A stretch of 64,000 nt of DNA from Octopus sinensis (taxonomy: Eukaryota), in contig NW_021834580.1 in assembly GCF_006345805.1 (NCBI RefSeq), positions 1 to 64,000 on the forward strand, read 5' to 3'. Within the stretch, counting starts at the first letter, position 1, and every line of letters starts with the position of its first letter. Position numbers and translations under genes: made by a program. Shown piece by piece: positions 12,954-24,188 of this stretch. Under the pieces are notes generated by a model. That model saw only the letters and a list, made by a program, of their open reading frames with translations. It made no database searches and was not told the DNA's origin.

Positions 12954-13015
12954 CAGGTCACTGCCAGGAATCGAACTCGGAATCTTGGGGTTAAAAGGTC
13001 ACTCTATTCAGTTGA
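12775..13015 (-). mobile_element. short element: tRNA-like B-box, (AAT)n, minimal hammerhead
   Basis: B-box-like GAGTTCGATTCC (12967-12978); GACAC-CTGATGA-AGCC-GAAA-CGTT-GTGTT (12864-12836). Confidence 0.55.
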
Positions 13016-13184
13016 ACAATTGGTAATGAGATGTATAGTCATCAAAATAACTTATTGTCCCTTTAGTAAATAGTGACAAATATAACGTATTTTCCAGGTG
13101 GCATATTTTAATGTTTGAGTTTCATTCTTCCTGTTGATTTAAATTGTGTCATACTTATTGTAAATAAAATAATAAATAAATTCG

Positions 13185-13428
13185 CCCTTTTAAAGCCTAG
13201 CCAAGCTCATGGGCCCGGTTTCCCGGTTGCTATGGCGTATGTGTTCCCCAGCTGGACGGGACGCCAGTCCATCGCAGCGTTACTCATTTTTGCCAGCTGA
13301 GTGGACTGGAGCAACGTGAAATGAAGTGTTTTGTTCAAGAACACAACGCGTCGTGCGGTCCAGGAATCGAAACCACAATCTTACGATCATGATGCTGACA
13401 CTCTAACCACTAAGCCACGCGCCTCCAC
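13185..13428 (-). mobile_element. SINE family D
   Basis: tRNA-like head plus CGATGGACTGGCGTCCCGTCCAG domain; homologous to 36080-36342. Confidence 0.85.
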
Positions 13429-13744
13429 ACTTATTGTAAATACATCGCGAAAAAGCAAATTTACTGAGGTGTTCGTCTAGAGAGAATATCTCTTATGGAC
13501 GTGCTATCCACAATTCACATCAGAAGCAGGTGAAAATCGCACAGCGCCACCAGTGAGAATGCTAGATTCCCATTTTTCTATCGTCGGGCATTGTCATCAG
13601 CCTTTACTCACAACCTGTCGCTACTGATATAGGAAAACAGTGAATGAACAACCACTGGGATTGCAAATAGCCGCCTCGTTGAATAAAAGTCCCTTATATG
13701 CAACAGAAGCAATATTAGGTTTAAACAGCCAGCTGCGTATCATA

Positions 13745-14147
13745 TCTTTATATATAAAAGAGAGGTTGTGTCTGTCTCCTACGATTTAGATTCCTAACTA
13801 CTCCCACATTTTGCGGTGCAGTTTAACCAAAACCGGGTATCTTATAGTCGTGATTCATATCGAGCCCTTCTGGGTATTAGCGCGCGTCTACGATGAGTCT
13901 ACGATGAGTCTACGATTTAAAAAAATTACCATCATTTTTTTCCATTTTAATGCATTTTTTCGCTGTTATATAAGGGCAGTAACTCTCTAAAAATGTCTAC
14001 GATGAGTCAACGATTTTAAAAAAAATTACCATCATTTTTTTTTCCATTTTTAATGCATTTTTTGCTATTTTTTGGCTATAACTCTCTAAAAATGCTTATA
14101 TAGTTATTTCCCTTACAAACCCGAGCAACGCCGGGCGATACTGCTAG
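13745..14147 (+). mobile_element. non-autonomous Helitron
   Basis: Begins TC after A (13744); ends with hairpin CCCG(A)GC-AAC-GC-CGGG (14120-14135) and CTAG (14144-14147) before T; no TSD; internal ~100-bp tandem duplication. Confidence 0.85.
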
Positions 14148-14227
14148 TCTAATATAAACACACCGCAAAAATGCAAATTTACTGCTATACTTGTATGAAG
14201 ATAATAACACTTATGGACATGTTTTTT

Positions 14228-14346
14228 CATCCAGAGAGATGAAAGGCAAAGATGACCTTGGCAGGATTTCAACTTAGTACGAAAAGAATCAGAAGAAACA
14301 CTGCAAGGAGCTTTGCCTGACGTTTTAACGATTCTGCCAGCTCGCT
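14228..14346 (-). mobile_element. SINE family B fragment, degenerate
   Basis: GATGAAAGGCAAAGATGACCTTGGCAGGATTTCAACT..CTGCCAGCTCGC. Confidence 0.6.
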
Positions 14347-14591
14347 GATTAAAATCAGTGGATTAAGTGTAATAACTGACATTTGGTAGCGACGTGTAAA
14401 GGAGGAGATAATAGCATTCGACTCACATAATATGTAGATATTTATCTATGTCGACATGTGTATGAGTATTTGTGTTACTGTTGTAGGAGAGGTGGTGATT
14501 GTTGTTGATGTTGTTGTTATTTGAATTCATCTCTACTTTGAGCGAACCGACCAATGATTAAAAATGCTCCCACCTTGATGATTGTCAAGTT

Positions 14592-14632
<41 letters not shown>

Positions 14633-14784
14633 GTGTGTGTGTGTGTGTGGTGTGTGTGCGTGCGTGCGTGCATGCCTGTATATGCCTATACATAGGGACA
14701 CACGCAAACACACATCCACACACGCATACATGAACACGCGCAAACACACACACACACATAGACAGACAGAGAGATAGATAGATT

Positions 14785-14867
<83 letters not shown>

Positions 14868-14913
14868 GATGGATGGATAGATAGATAGATACATACATAC
14901 ATACATACATACC

Positions 14914-15890
14914 TATCCGGGTGTAGGAGGTTTATCCGGGACTTTTTGAAGGAATTTCTCGAGGGACTTCTTGAACCTTATGGGATCTGTTTCCACTTCA
15001 ATGTGTTTTGGTGTAATGCTAAAGCGATCGGGGCCAATTAAGGTGGAATAATTGTGCGGTATTGTAATTATATGATACGAGTATGATCTACGCTGTGGGC
15101 GGATAGCACGGGGTCTATGTCATAGATGTATCTTAAAGACGATGCCAACATCATTTGGGCAATGCTGATGGAATATTTTCTACATCATTCAGATGATGTA
15201 GCGCTCACGGCGGCGTCGGAAGGAATAAAGCTTGAGCTTTTCTTGTCAACCCCAATGGTCAAGGCCTGTCATGCCATCTATCTTTTTTGTAATGACCTTT
15301 GAGATGCTTCAATTTTCATGATATTGTATTTCGTGTGGGGAGACCACAGTGGACAACAGTATTCAAGGTGGGGTCGGGCAAAAGTAGAGAAGAGAAGAAT
15401 AATGGTGTGGATATCTCCCGACTGGAAAGTTCTGAGAATCCAGGAATACATTCTGCGGGCCATGTCAACTTTGCATTTTACAAGAGCGGCCCTACTTATG
15501 TTGTACACAATTACTCCCTAGTTTCTAATGCTGTTGGATGCCATGAGAGTTTCACCTGAATGAAGGGAGTATGGGAGTTTCAGGGTATCCTCATTTCTGA
15601 AGTGGATTAACTCAAGTTTGTCCTCGTTCTGCAGCATATTATTCTTTTCCGCCCATTTGATGACAGCCAGAAAATCTGACTGAAAGCATGCCCGGTCACC
15701 CACTTCATTGATGACCTTCTGGATCTTGGAATCATCTGCAAAGATTCTAACGTTACTGTGCAGTATTGTCATTGATATAGATATGAGGAAAAGAAGTGCC
15801 TTGTGGAACACCACGACTGACTTTGACTGGGCTTGATTTTACTCCTTCGACTACAGTGTGTTGGTTCTGCCTGTCAGGAAACACTTGATC
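14914..15890 (-). mobile_element. older truncated CR1-group LINE copy (RT C-terminal part)
   Basis: Peptides GVPQG, IFADDSKIQ, PHLEYCCPLWSP; nucleotide homology to 16320-17300 with deletions. Confidence 0.88.
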
Positions 15891-15899
15891 CATTGTATG

Positions 15900-15956
<57 letters not shown>

Positions 15957-16024
15957 ATGTATATATGTATATATGTATGATAGATCGTTAGCCACTACAC
16001 ACATTTTTTTCTCTCCTTGTTTTT

Positions 16025-16145
16025 TCTGTGTCCCTTTCTGTAGAAGAGCGTAGGCTCGAAACGTAAAAGACTTTTTCTATTCCTGAGCGTTATACTAATA
16101 CATCTGTGTTTTGTACACCACCTGTCATCGTAAACTCTCCCTATC
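16025..16145 (+). mobile_element. about 135-bp hammerhead-bearing repeat, best copy
   Basis: Family shared with 3617-3752 and 40851-40983; common 3' end CGTAAACTCTCCCTAT then microsatellite. Confidence 0.75.
16030..16071 (+). ncRNA. putative minimal type I hammerhead ribozyme (A6U core variant)
   Basis: Stem I CTTT/AAAG, core CTGTAGA 16038-16044, stem II GAGC/GCTC, GAAA 16058-16061, palindromic ACGT, predicted cleavage after GTA (16065). Confidence 0.6.
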
Positions 16146-16299
16146 TACATTATATATATATATATATATATACTTTGATACTTTGATACTTTGATAGGTT
16201 TCGGCCATTATTGGCCCAGGCCATGTCTAACTTAATAGCACCACCTGGTGAAGTCTTTCAAGTCAGAATTTGGGCACTATGGCCCACTCAAGTAGAGAG

Positions 16300-19250
16300 T
16301 TATTGTTTACAGAGACATATCCGGGTGTAGGGGGTTTATCCGGGATTTCTTGAAGGAATCTGTCCAAAGACTTCTTGAACCCTATAGGGTCAGTTTCTGT
16401 TTTGGTGTAATGTTAAAGAGAGCGGGGCCAATTGAGGTGAAATAATTGTGCCGTATTGTTGTTATGAGATGAGAGTGCGATTTTTGTTTTGGGCGGATGG
16501 CACGGGGCCCAAGCCTTGGATGTACCTTAAGGTGATGCCAACATCATTTGGGCAATGCTGATGGAATATTTTCCACATCATGCAGATGATGTAGCGCTCA
16601 CGACGACGTTGGAGAGAATAGAGTTTTAGCTTTTCTAGTCGACCCCAATAGTCGAGGCCTGTCATGCCATCTATCTTTTTTGTGATTGCTCTTTGAGGTG
16701 CTTCAACTTTTATGATACCTTGTATTGTGTGGGGAGACCACAGTGGACAACAGTATTCAAGGTGGGGTCGGCAAAAGTGGAGAAGAGAAGGATAATGGTG
16801 TGGATATCTCTCGACTGGAAAGTTCTGAGAATCCAGGAACACATTCTGCTGCGGCCATGTCAACTTTGGTGTTTATATGAGTGGCCCAGCTTATGTTGTT
16901 GTCCACAATTACTCCCAAGTCTCTGATGTTGTTGGACGCCGCGAGAGTTTCACCTGAAGGAAGGGAGTATGGGAGTTTCAGGGCATCCTCTTTTCCAAAG
17001 TGGATTAGCTCAAATTTATCCTCGTTCAGCAGCATATTGTTTTTTTCTGCCCATTGGATAACAGCCAGTAGATCTGACTGAAGGCATGTCCGGTCACTCG
17101 CCTCATTTATGACCTTCTGTAGCTTGGAGTCATCTGCAAATATTTTTATGTTGCTGTGCTTGATGATGTCATTAATGTCATTATGTAAATGATGAAAAGA
17201 AGTGGGCCCAGCACAGTGCCTTGCGGAACGCCACTACTGACTTTGGCTGGGCTTGATTTTACCCCTTCAACTACAACATGTTGAGATCTGTCTGTCAGGA
17301 AACACTTGATCCATTTCAGTAACTTTCCAGAGACACCAATGTTGGATAGTTTTTTCAATAGGATCTTGTGATCGACCCTGTCGAAGGCCTTACTGAAATC
17401 AAGGTAGATGACATCGGTGTGGAGCCCTCTCCCAAAGCTCTCAAAATGTTCTCAAAGTGATGCAGGAGCTGCGTTAGGCAGTCCCTTCCATTACGGAACC
17501 CATGTTGGTTGGAGATCAGCCGTCTGTTGCTTTCCAGAAATTGGGTTATTCGAGATCTCACCACCCTCTCAAATACCTTGATGATATGAGAGGTGAGTGA
17601 GATCGGACGGTAATTCACTGCAAGGGACTTGTTTCCCTTTTTGAAAACTGGGACAACAGACTGGGACAGCAGGTTTTTTGGAATATAGCCAGCATCCAGT
17701 GAGTTTCTCCACAGATTAGCAACGGGAGATGCAAGTTGGTGTCGACACACCTTCAGGACACAAGCAGGGAACCTATCGGGGCCTACTGCTGAATTGTGTT
17801 TTATTTCGTTTATCGCCGCTAAGACATCAGGGGCACTAAACGTTATGTCCGATATAGTGTGTTGGGGGTTGACATCACTGATACAGCCCAGATCGGCCAT
17901 ATCAGGATTGCTGAAAACAGAGCAGTATTGTTTCTGCAGTATCTCGGCCATGGATTTGGCATTATCTTGGAGAGTGCCAGTTTCGTCAATTAGAGGGCCT
18001 ACAGTGGAGACAGTGACCCTGCGTTTCCTCGCAAATGAAAAGAACACTTTGGGGTTGAGTTTGATTTTTTCAATGGCCCACTTCTCCTCAGCTGATCTTT
18101 GGTTATTGATGAGGGTCTTCATGCATTGTTGGAGGTTATATTTTTTGGATTCAAGCAGTGCGATAGCCGTCGAATGTGTGTGTTGCTGTTGGCAGTACTT
18201 TAGTTTGTTAATTTTTTGTTTGTTCTTTTTATTTTTCTGATAATGGTTTTTCTGTTTTGGGGGATTCTGCACTTTTTGTTCACAGGTCTTGGTGGGGAGT
18301 GTTTTGCACATATGTCTGTGACGGTGTCTACAAAGATCTGCCAAGATGTTTTATGGTTGGTGGAGATGTGTGTATGTGTAAAGGACCAGTCAACATGTGA
18401 TAGCTCGTTCCTGATTGCATCCCAGTTGGCGTTATGGAGATCCATGTTGTCAAATGGGTGGGCTGGAGGGAGGTCACTAGGATTAGCTTTCGGCTGGTGG
18501 AATTTCATGTTACAGAGAACCATGTCATGGTCTGAAAGAAGGGTTTTTTCCACTGTAACGTTATGTATAGTGTTAGTGTGGTTACTAAACACTAGGTCCA
18601 AAATGTTCTGATGTCTTGTTGGTGCAAGGACAAGTTGGGACAAGAAAAACTCATTCGTAAAGTCGAAAAGTGACTCTGCTGCTTCTTTGTCAGCGGTTGA
18701 GGCGGGAGTGCTTGGTTTCAAACAGTTTGTAGTCCAGTCAACACAGGGTAGATTGAAGTCTCCCATCATGAGTATGTTGCTAGAATGGCACTGTTGAATA
18801 AAGCACTTAATGCTGTTGAGGCATTCTTTAAAGCACAGTATGGGTGTTTGGGGCGGCCTATAGAGCCCAATTACTGTCAGGTCATTGGCTTTGTTGTGCA
18901 CGGTGACTGATTCACAGTAGCCGTTGGAGAATATACTATTTCCATCTGCCGTAAATGAATCATGCAGGAAAATGGCAGTTCCACCCTTCCTCCTGCCGAT
19001 ACGATCCGCGCGGATGGTTGTGAAATTCTTCACTCTCACTTCGGCTTCCAAGTGGGAGTTGTCAAGGTGGGTCTCAGTGAGAATGAAGAAAGGGATGTGG
19101 TGTGATGGTTACCAACCCAGTCTTCAATGAATTGGACCTTCCATTTTTGTGCATTGATGGAAGGGCTGACACCTTGTGCATTGAGTAGGAATGTGGAGGT
19201 TAGTGTAGTGGCTGGTTTTGACTGTTGCAGGGGGCTTGGATTTTTTGTGT
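16300..19250 (-). pseudogene. LINE ORF2 (endonuclease plus reverse transcriptase), frameshifted
   Basis: Track ORFs 19036-19284, 18200-19051, 17355-18344, 17146-17358, 16757-17035 and 16462-16863 are consecutive pieces in different frames. Confidence 0.93.
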
Positions 19251-19253
19251 GTG

Positions 19254-20472
19254 TTAGTGGCAGCAATGTGGGGAATTGGTGCACTGGGGTAATAGCATAG
19301 GATGGTGTTGAGTGATGGCTAGAATGTTTTTGTGTATCTCTTTTGCCATGTTCAACATGGCTAAAAAAGAATTTTCCTGCTTAGGGAGCAGTTTTTGGCT
19401 GGAGGTGTGGTTGCACTGTTGGATAGGGTTGTAGTTTCCACTTTTGTTGTTGTTGTTTTTGTGTCTTCCTGAAAAGACTGGACCAGCATTACTGCAGAAT
19501 GGTGTGTTTCTATTTTTATTTTTATTCAGGTTTGTGTGTTGGCTTGAAGCCCCGTTTCTGTTTGTGCGTCGGGTCCCTGGAAGATGAGTGAAGGGACAGT
19601 CACTCAGTAGACATGTTCTCTCACGTTGGGAACACCGGCAGATTTTGGGACTCCGAGTTGTGTGTATTTTGAATTTCGATTTACTATTTGGTGGTGTTGA
19701 TGTTATTGTGGGATGCGTGCTTTGGCCTTGGCCGGTAGTGCGTCTAGTGCCGGGTAGATGCGTGAAGATGCAGTCACTATTTGTGCAGAGTCTCTGGCGC
19801 AGTGAATAGCGGCATATTTGGGGATTTCTTGTTTGTGCCGTGGGGGGCGCATTCTGCTTCCTATGTTTCTTTAAGTTTTTGTTACTCCAGTAGTATTGAG
19901 GTGGTGATGTGGGGCAGTGGTTTCTTATTTGGTTTTCTGTTGGTATTTTTGGTGATAGAAGACGATGGTGGCAGCGGTGGTGATGATGATGATGATAATT
20001 GTGGTGGTTGCTGTGAGAGCGGTGAAAAGATACTGGCATTTAGTGAATCATCTAGTAAGCTAGAGTTGAGGAGTGGCTATTGTTGTTCTTGTTGCTGTGG
20101 CTGTTGTTGTTGTTGTTGTGCTTGACCGATGTTAGGGTCAGCCATTGTGCTGGGAACCAAGAGTGACTCATTCTGTTGTTGTTGTTGTTGTGGCTGCTGA
20201 TTTTCTAGCTGTTGCTGTTCTTGAACTGTGAAAATATGAAGAAGCTTTTCATAATGGCCTTTTGTCAGTTTGAAAGATACTTCGATATGTTTCAGCTTGC
20301 TACGAATCTGTTTGACGGATCGTGTGTTGACCACTTGTGATGTTTTTCGGCAATCTCATTCAAACACAAACATTTAGATTTTCTGTTTGGGAAAGAGAGA
20401 ACCAGTGGTTATTAAAACATCAATTTCGTTATCAGACCAATTTCGTCTGTTGTAGGCCTGCAAGTTAGTCAT
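19254..20472 (-). pseudogene. LINE ORF1: SANT/Myb-like N-terminus, poly-Q linker, two CCCH-type fingers (disrupted)
   Basis: ATG at 20472 gives MTNLQAYNRRNWSDNEIDVLI..RSVKQIRSKLKHIE; fingers CRYSLRQRLCTNSDCIFTH (19758-19814) and CRCSQRERTCLLSDCPFTH (19584-19640); stops and a frameshift present. Confidence 0.7.
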
Positions 20473-20877
20473 GTTTGTTTTTCTTTTGTTTGTTTTCCTT
20501 TTGATTTTTGAAAATATATATATTCTTTCTTGGGAGTTAAAGAAGTGTATATATATATAAATGTTCTCTCTTAAGGGTGTGAGTTTTTGATTATTTGGTT
20601 GTTTGAGGATATTAAAAGAAAAACAGGTGTATATAACAATTTGTAGTTAAATGAAAACGTACTTACGGGTTTGTAGGCAAACACGTGGTTACAAATATAT
20701 ATATATTTAAGATCAGTTAGTTTTGAAGCTGTGTAGCTTACTACTGACTTGGGAGAGAAACAAATAGACGTCCGTCCACTTCAACAGTTAATCCATATAT
20801 ATATATTCTTTTATTTATTTCTGTCATTTGACTGCGGCCACGATTTATTTTTTGTAAACCTAGTACTTATTCTATCA

Positions 20878-21155
20878 AGAAAAATAGGACGAATGCTGCC
20901 GTTGATTAGCTCCAAGAGGCCATCGCCTCTAGCTAGCTATGTGACACACGAAACTGTGTCCATTGTGTTCGGCTGCTCTACATTGATAAAGGGAAAATAC
21001 CCTGAAACTAGTCTGTGGATGCCAGACCAGCAAAGGGAAGCGGCTGACCTTCTCTGTTCGAAGGTTATAATGGACACAAGTTCGTGTGTCACATAGCTAG
21101 CTAGAGGCGATGGCCTCTTGGAGCTAATCAACGGCAGCATTCGTCCTATTTTTCT
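20878..21155. mobile_element. MITE-like element with perfect 75-bp terminal inverted repeats
   Basis: 20878-20952 is the exact reverse complement of 21081-21155. Confidence 0.8.
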
Positions 21156-21254
21156 GGACTGCCATGTTAGCTTGGGCTATAACTATATATAACATATATA
21201 TATACAAATATACATATATATACATATAATACATATATATATATATATATATAC

Positions 21255-21322
<68 letters not shown>

Positions 21323-21599
21323 GCGTATATAAATATATGTGTGTGTGTGTGGAATGATTCATCAAGTTGCTATATCTAGTTCTTCACTTGCAGTTTTTAA
21401 TTTCTGTATTAACCTTAACATCATAACAAACAACCCTAGCGTCAATCCCACTACCACCACTTAACCACCACCGCCACCACGCAACCACTACTGCCACCAC
21501 TATCAGCAGACAACCACGAACAACAACATATAATCACCACCACCACCTCGACTACCACTACCACCACATAAACATCAGCATCGGCATCACACATCCACT

Positions 21600-21620
21600 A
21601 CCACCGCACACTACTACTAA

Positions 21621-21652
<32 letters not shown>

Positions 21653-21693
21653 ACATCTACTACTACTACTACTACTTACAACTACTACTTACA

Positions 21694-21733
<40 letters not shown>

Positions 21734-22137
21734 ACTACTACTACTATTACTACTTACTACTACTACTACTTACTACTACTACTACTACTACTTACTACTA
21801 CTACTACTACTACTACTTACAACTACTACTTACAACAACTACTACTACTACTACTACTACTACTTACTACTACTACTTACTACTACTACTACTTACAACT
21901 ACTACTTAGTACTACTACTACTTACTACTACTACTTACAACTACTACTTACAACAACTACTTACTACTACTACTTACTACTACTTAAAACAACAACAACT
22001 ACTACTACTACTACTACTTACAACTACTACTTACAACTACTACTTACAACTACTACTACTACTTACTACTACTTACTACTACTACTACTACTACTACTTA
22101 CTACTACTACTACTACTTACTACTACTTACTACTACT

Positions 22138-22192
<55 letters not shown>

Positions 22193-22195
22193 AAA
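21600..22195. repeat. long interrupted (CTA)n array
   Basis: Direct reading; recurrent CTTA and CAA interruptions. Confidence 0.95.
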
Positions 22196-22603
22196 TGTAT
22201 TAGCAATTATCTGCGGATAAGAATTATCGCCGGATTTTCACAAATACGAAATTCAATATCTGTTTTTTTTTTTAAGATAACTTGAAACTAATTCTGATTT
22301 TATGGAATCGCGTTTCTCTTTTGGTCTCTCATTCTATCGACCAGAATCTTTGGCTGGTTGGTGTTTTCTTCTTTGTTTTTTGTTTGTTTTGTTTTCTGAG
22401 GGTTTTGTTTGTTTTTTTTTTTTGTTAACTGCTCTTTTTTGTTTCCTTGTTATAAAATGTTGCTTTTGATAACTTAGCGCAGTCGCAGTGATTAACTTAG
22501 CTTTCACATTAGCCATGAGTCATTAACAAATTTATTCCATATATATATATGTATATACGTTTATATGTGTGTATGTGTGTATGTAGTGTGTTGTATATAT
22601 ATA

Positions 22604-22661
<58 letters not shown>

Positions 22662-22678
22662 TATATATATATAGATAT

Positions 22679-22744
<66 letters not shown>

Positions 22745-22810
22745 GGTGGTATGTATTAATATCTATTATATATCTATGTAAGTATATGGTATATGTCTAT
22801 GTATGTTTTG

Positions 22811-23200
22811 TGTGGTAAGTAGCTTGTTTACCAACCACATGGTTCCGGGTTCAGTCCCACTGCGGGGCACCTTGGGCAAGTGTCTTCTACTATAGCCTCG
22901 GGCCGACCAAAGCCTTGTGAGTGGATTTGGTAGACGGAAACTGAAAGAAGCCCGTCGTATATATGTATATATATATATATGTATGTGTGTGTATATGTTT
23001 GTGTGTCTGTGTTTGTCCCCCTAGCATTGCTTGACAACCGATGCTGGTGTGTTTACGTCCCCGTCACCTAGCGGTTCGGCAAAAGAGACCGATAGAATAA
23101 GTACTGGGCTTACAAAGAATAAGTTCCGGGGTCGATTTGCTCGACGAAAGGCGGTGCTCTAGCATGGCCGTAGTCAAATGACTGAAACAAGTAAAAGAGA
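22811..23200 (+). mobile_element. SINE family A
   Basis: Match to family A. Confidence 0.9.
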
Positions 23201-23240
<40 letters not shown>

Positions 23241-23263
23241 ATATATATTATATATATATATAT

Positions 23264-23305
<42 letters not shown>

Positions 23306-23369
23306 TATATCTTTATATATCTATGTAAGTATATGGTTTATGTCTATGTATGTTTAGACAGATAGATAG

Positions 23370-23405
<36 letters not shown>

Positions 23406-23444
23406 AGAGAGATAAGTTTGCATAAACATGCATACATACAGACA

Positions 23445-23478
<34 letters not shown>

Positions 23479-23514
23479 CATACATACATACAAATGCATA
23501 TACGTTTATATACA

Positions 23515-23725
23515 TGGCAGAAACGTTAGCACGCCGGGCGAAATTCTTCGTCTGCCGTTACGTTCTGAGTTCAAATTCCACCGAGGTCGACTTTGCCTGT
23601 CATCCTTTCGGGATCTATAAATTACGTAACAGTTACGCACTGGGGTCGATGTAATCAACTTAATCCTTTTGTCTGTCCTTGTTTGTCCCCTCTATGTTTA
23701 GCCCCTTGTGGGCAGTAAAGAAATA
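23515..23725 (+). mobile_element. SINE family B
   Basis: Match to family B. Confidence 0.88.
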
Positions 23726-23963
23726 TGGAAACTGAAAGAAGACTGTCGTATGTGTGTGCTTATGTGTGTGTCTCTATGTGTGTGTATGTGACTGTATCCC
23801 ACCACCACTTGACAACCAGTGTCGGAGTGTTTACATCCGTGTAACTTCGTCTAAAAATTTCTTCGTGGCGATGCCTCAGCATGGCTGCAGCCTAAGGAGT
23901 GAAACAAGTAAGCGATAAAAGATATAAATGAGTTTACCTTCTCCTACAAGGAAGTTTTATCGT

Positions 23964-24188
23964 TTCTTTACTACCCACAAGGGGCTAAACATAGAGGGGA
24001 CAAACAAGGACAGACACACGGATTAAGTCGATTACATCGACCCCAGTGCGTAACTGGTACTTAATTTATCGACCCCGAAAGAATGAAAGGCAAAGTCGAC
24101 CTCGGCGGAATTTGAACTCAGAACGTAGCGACGGGCGAAATACCGCGAAGCACTTCGCCCGGCGTGCTAACGTCTCTGCCAGCTCGCC
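23964..24188 (-). mobile_element. SINE family B
   Basis: Match to family B, inverted relative to 23515-23725. Confidence 0.9.

Larger units (their letters stand above)
16171..20750 (-). mobile_element. near full-length CR1-group LINE (5'UTR, ORF1, APE-RT ORF2, (TCAAAGTA)n tail)
   Basis: APE motifs FLLNAQG, LTETHL, GLYRPP, GDFNLP, SDH; RT motifs YRPISLTS, QHGFRNGR, GVPQGTVLGPLLF, FADD, LYSLQRRRERY; 8-bp terminal repeats at 16171-16196. Confidence 0.95.
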
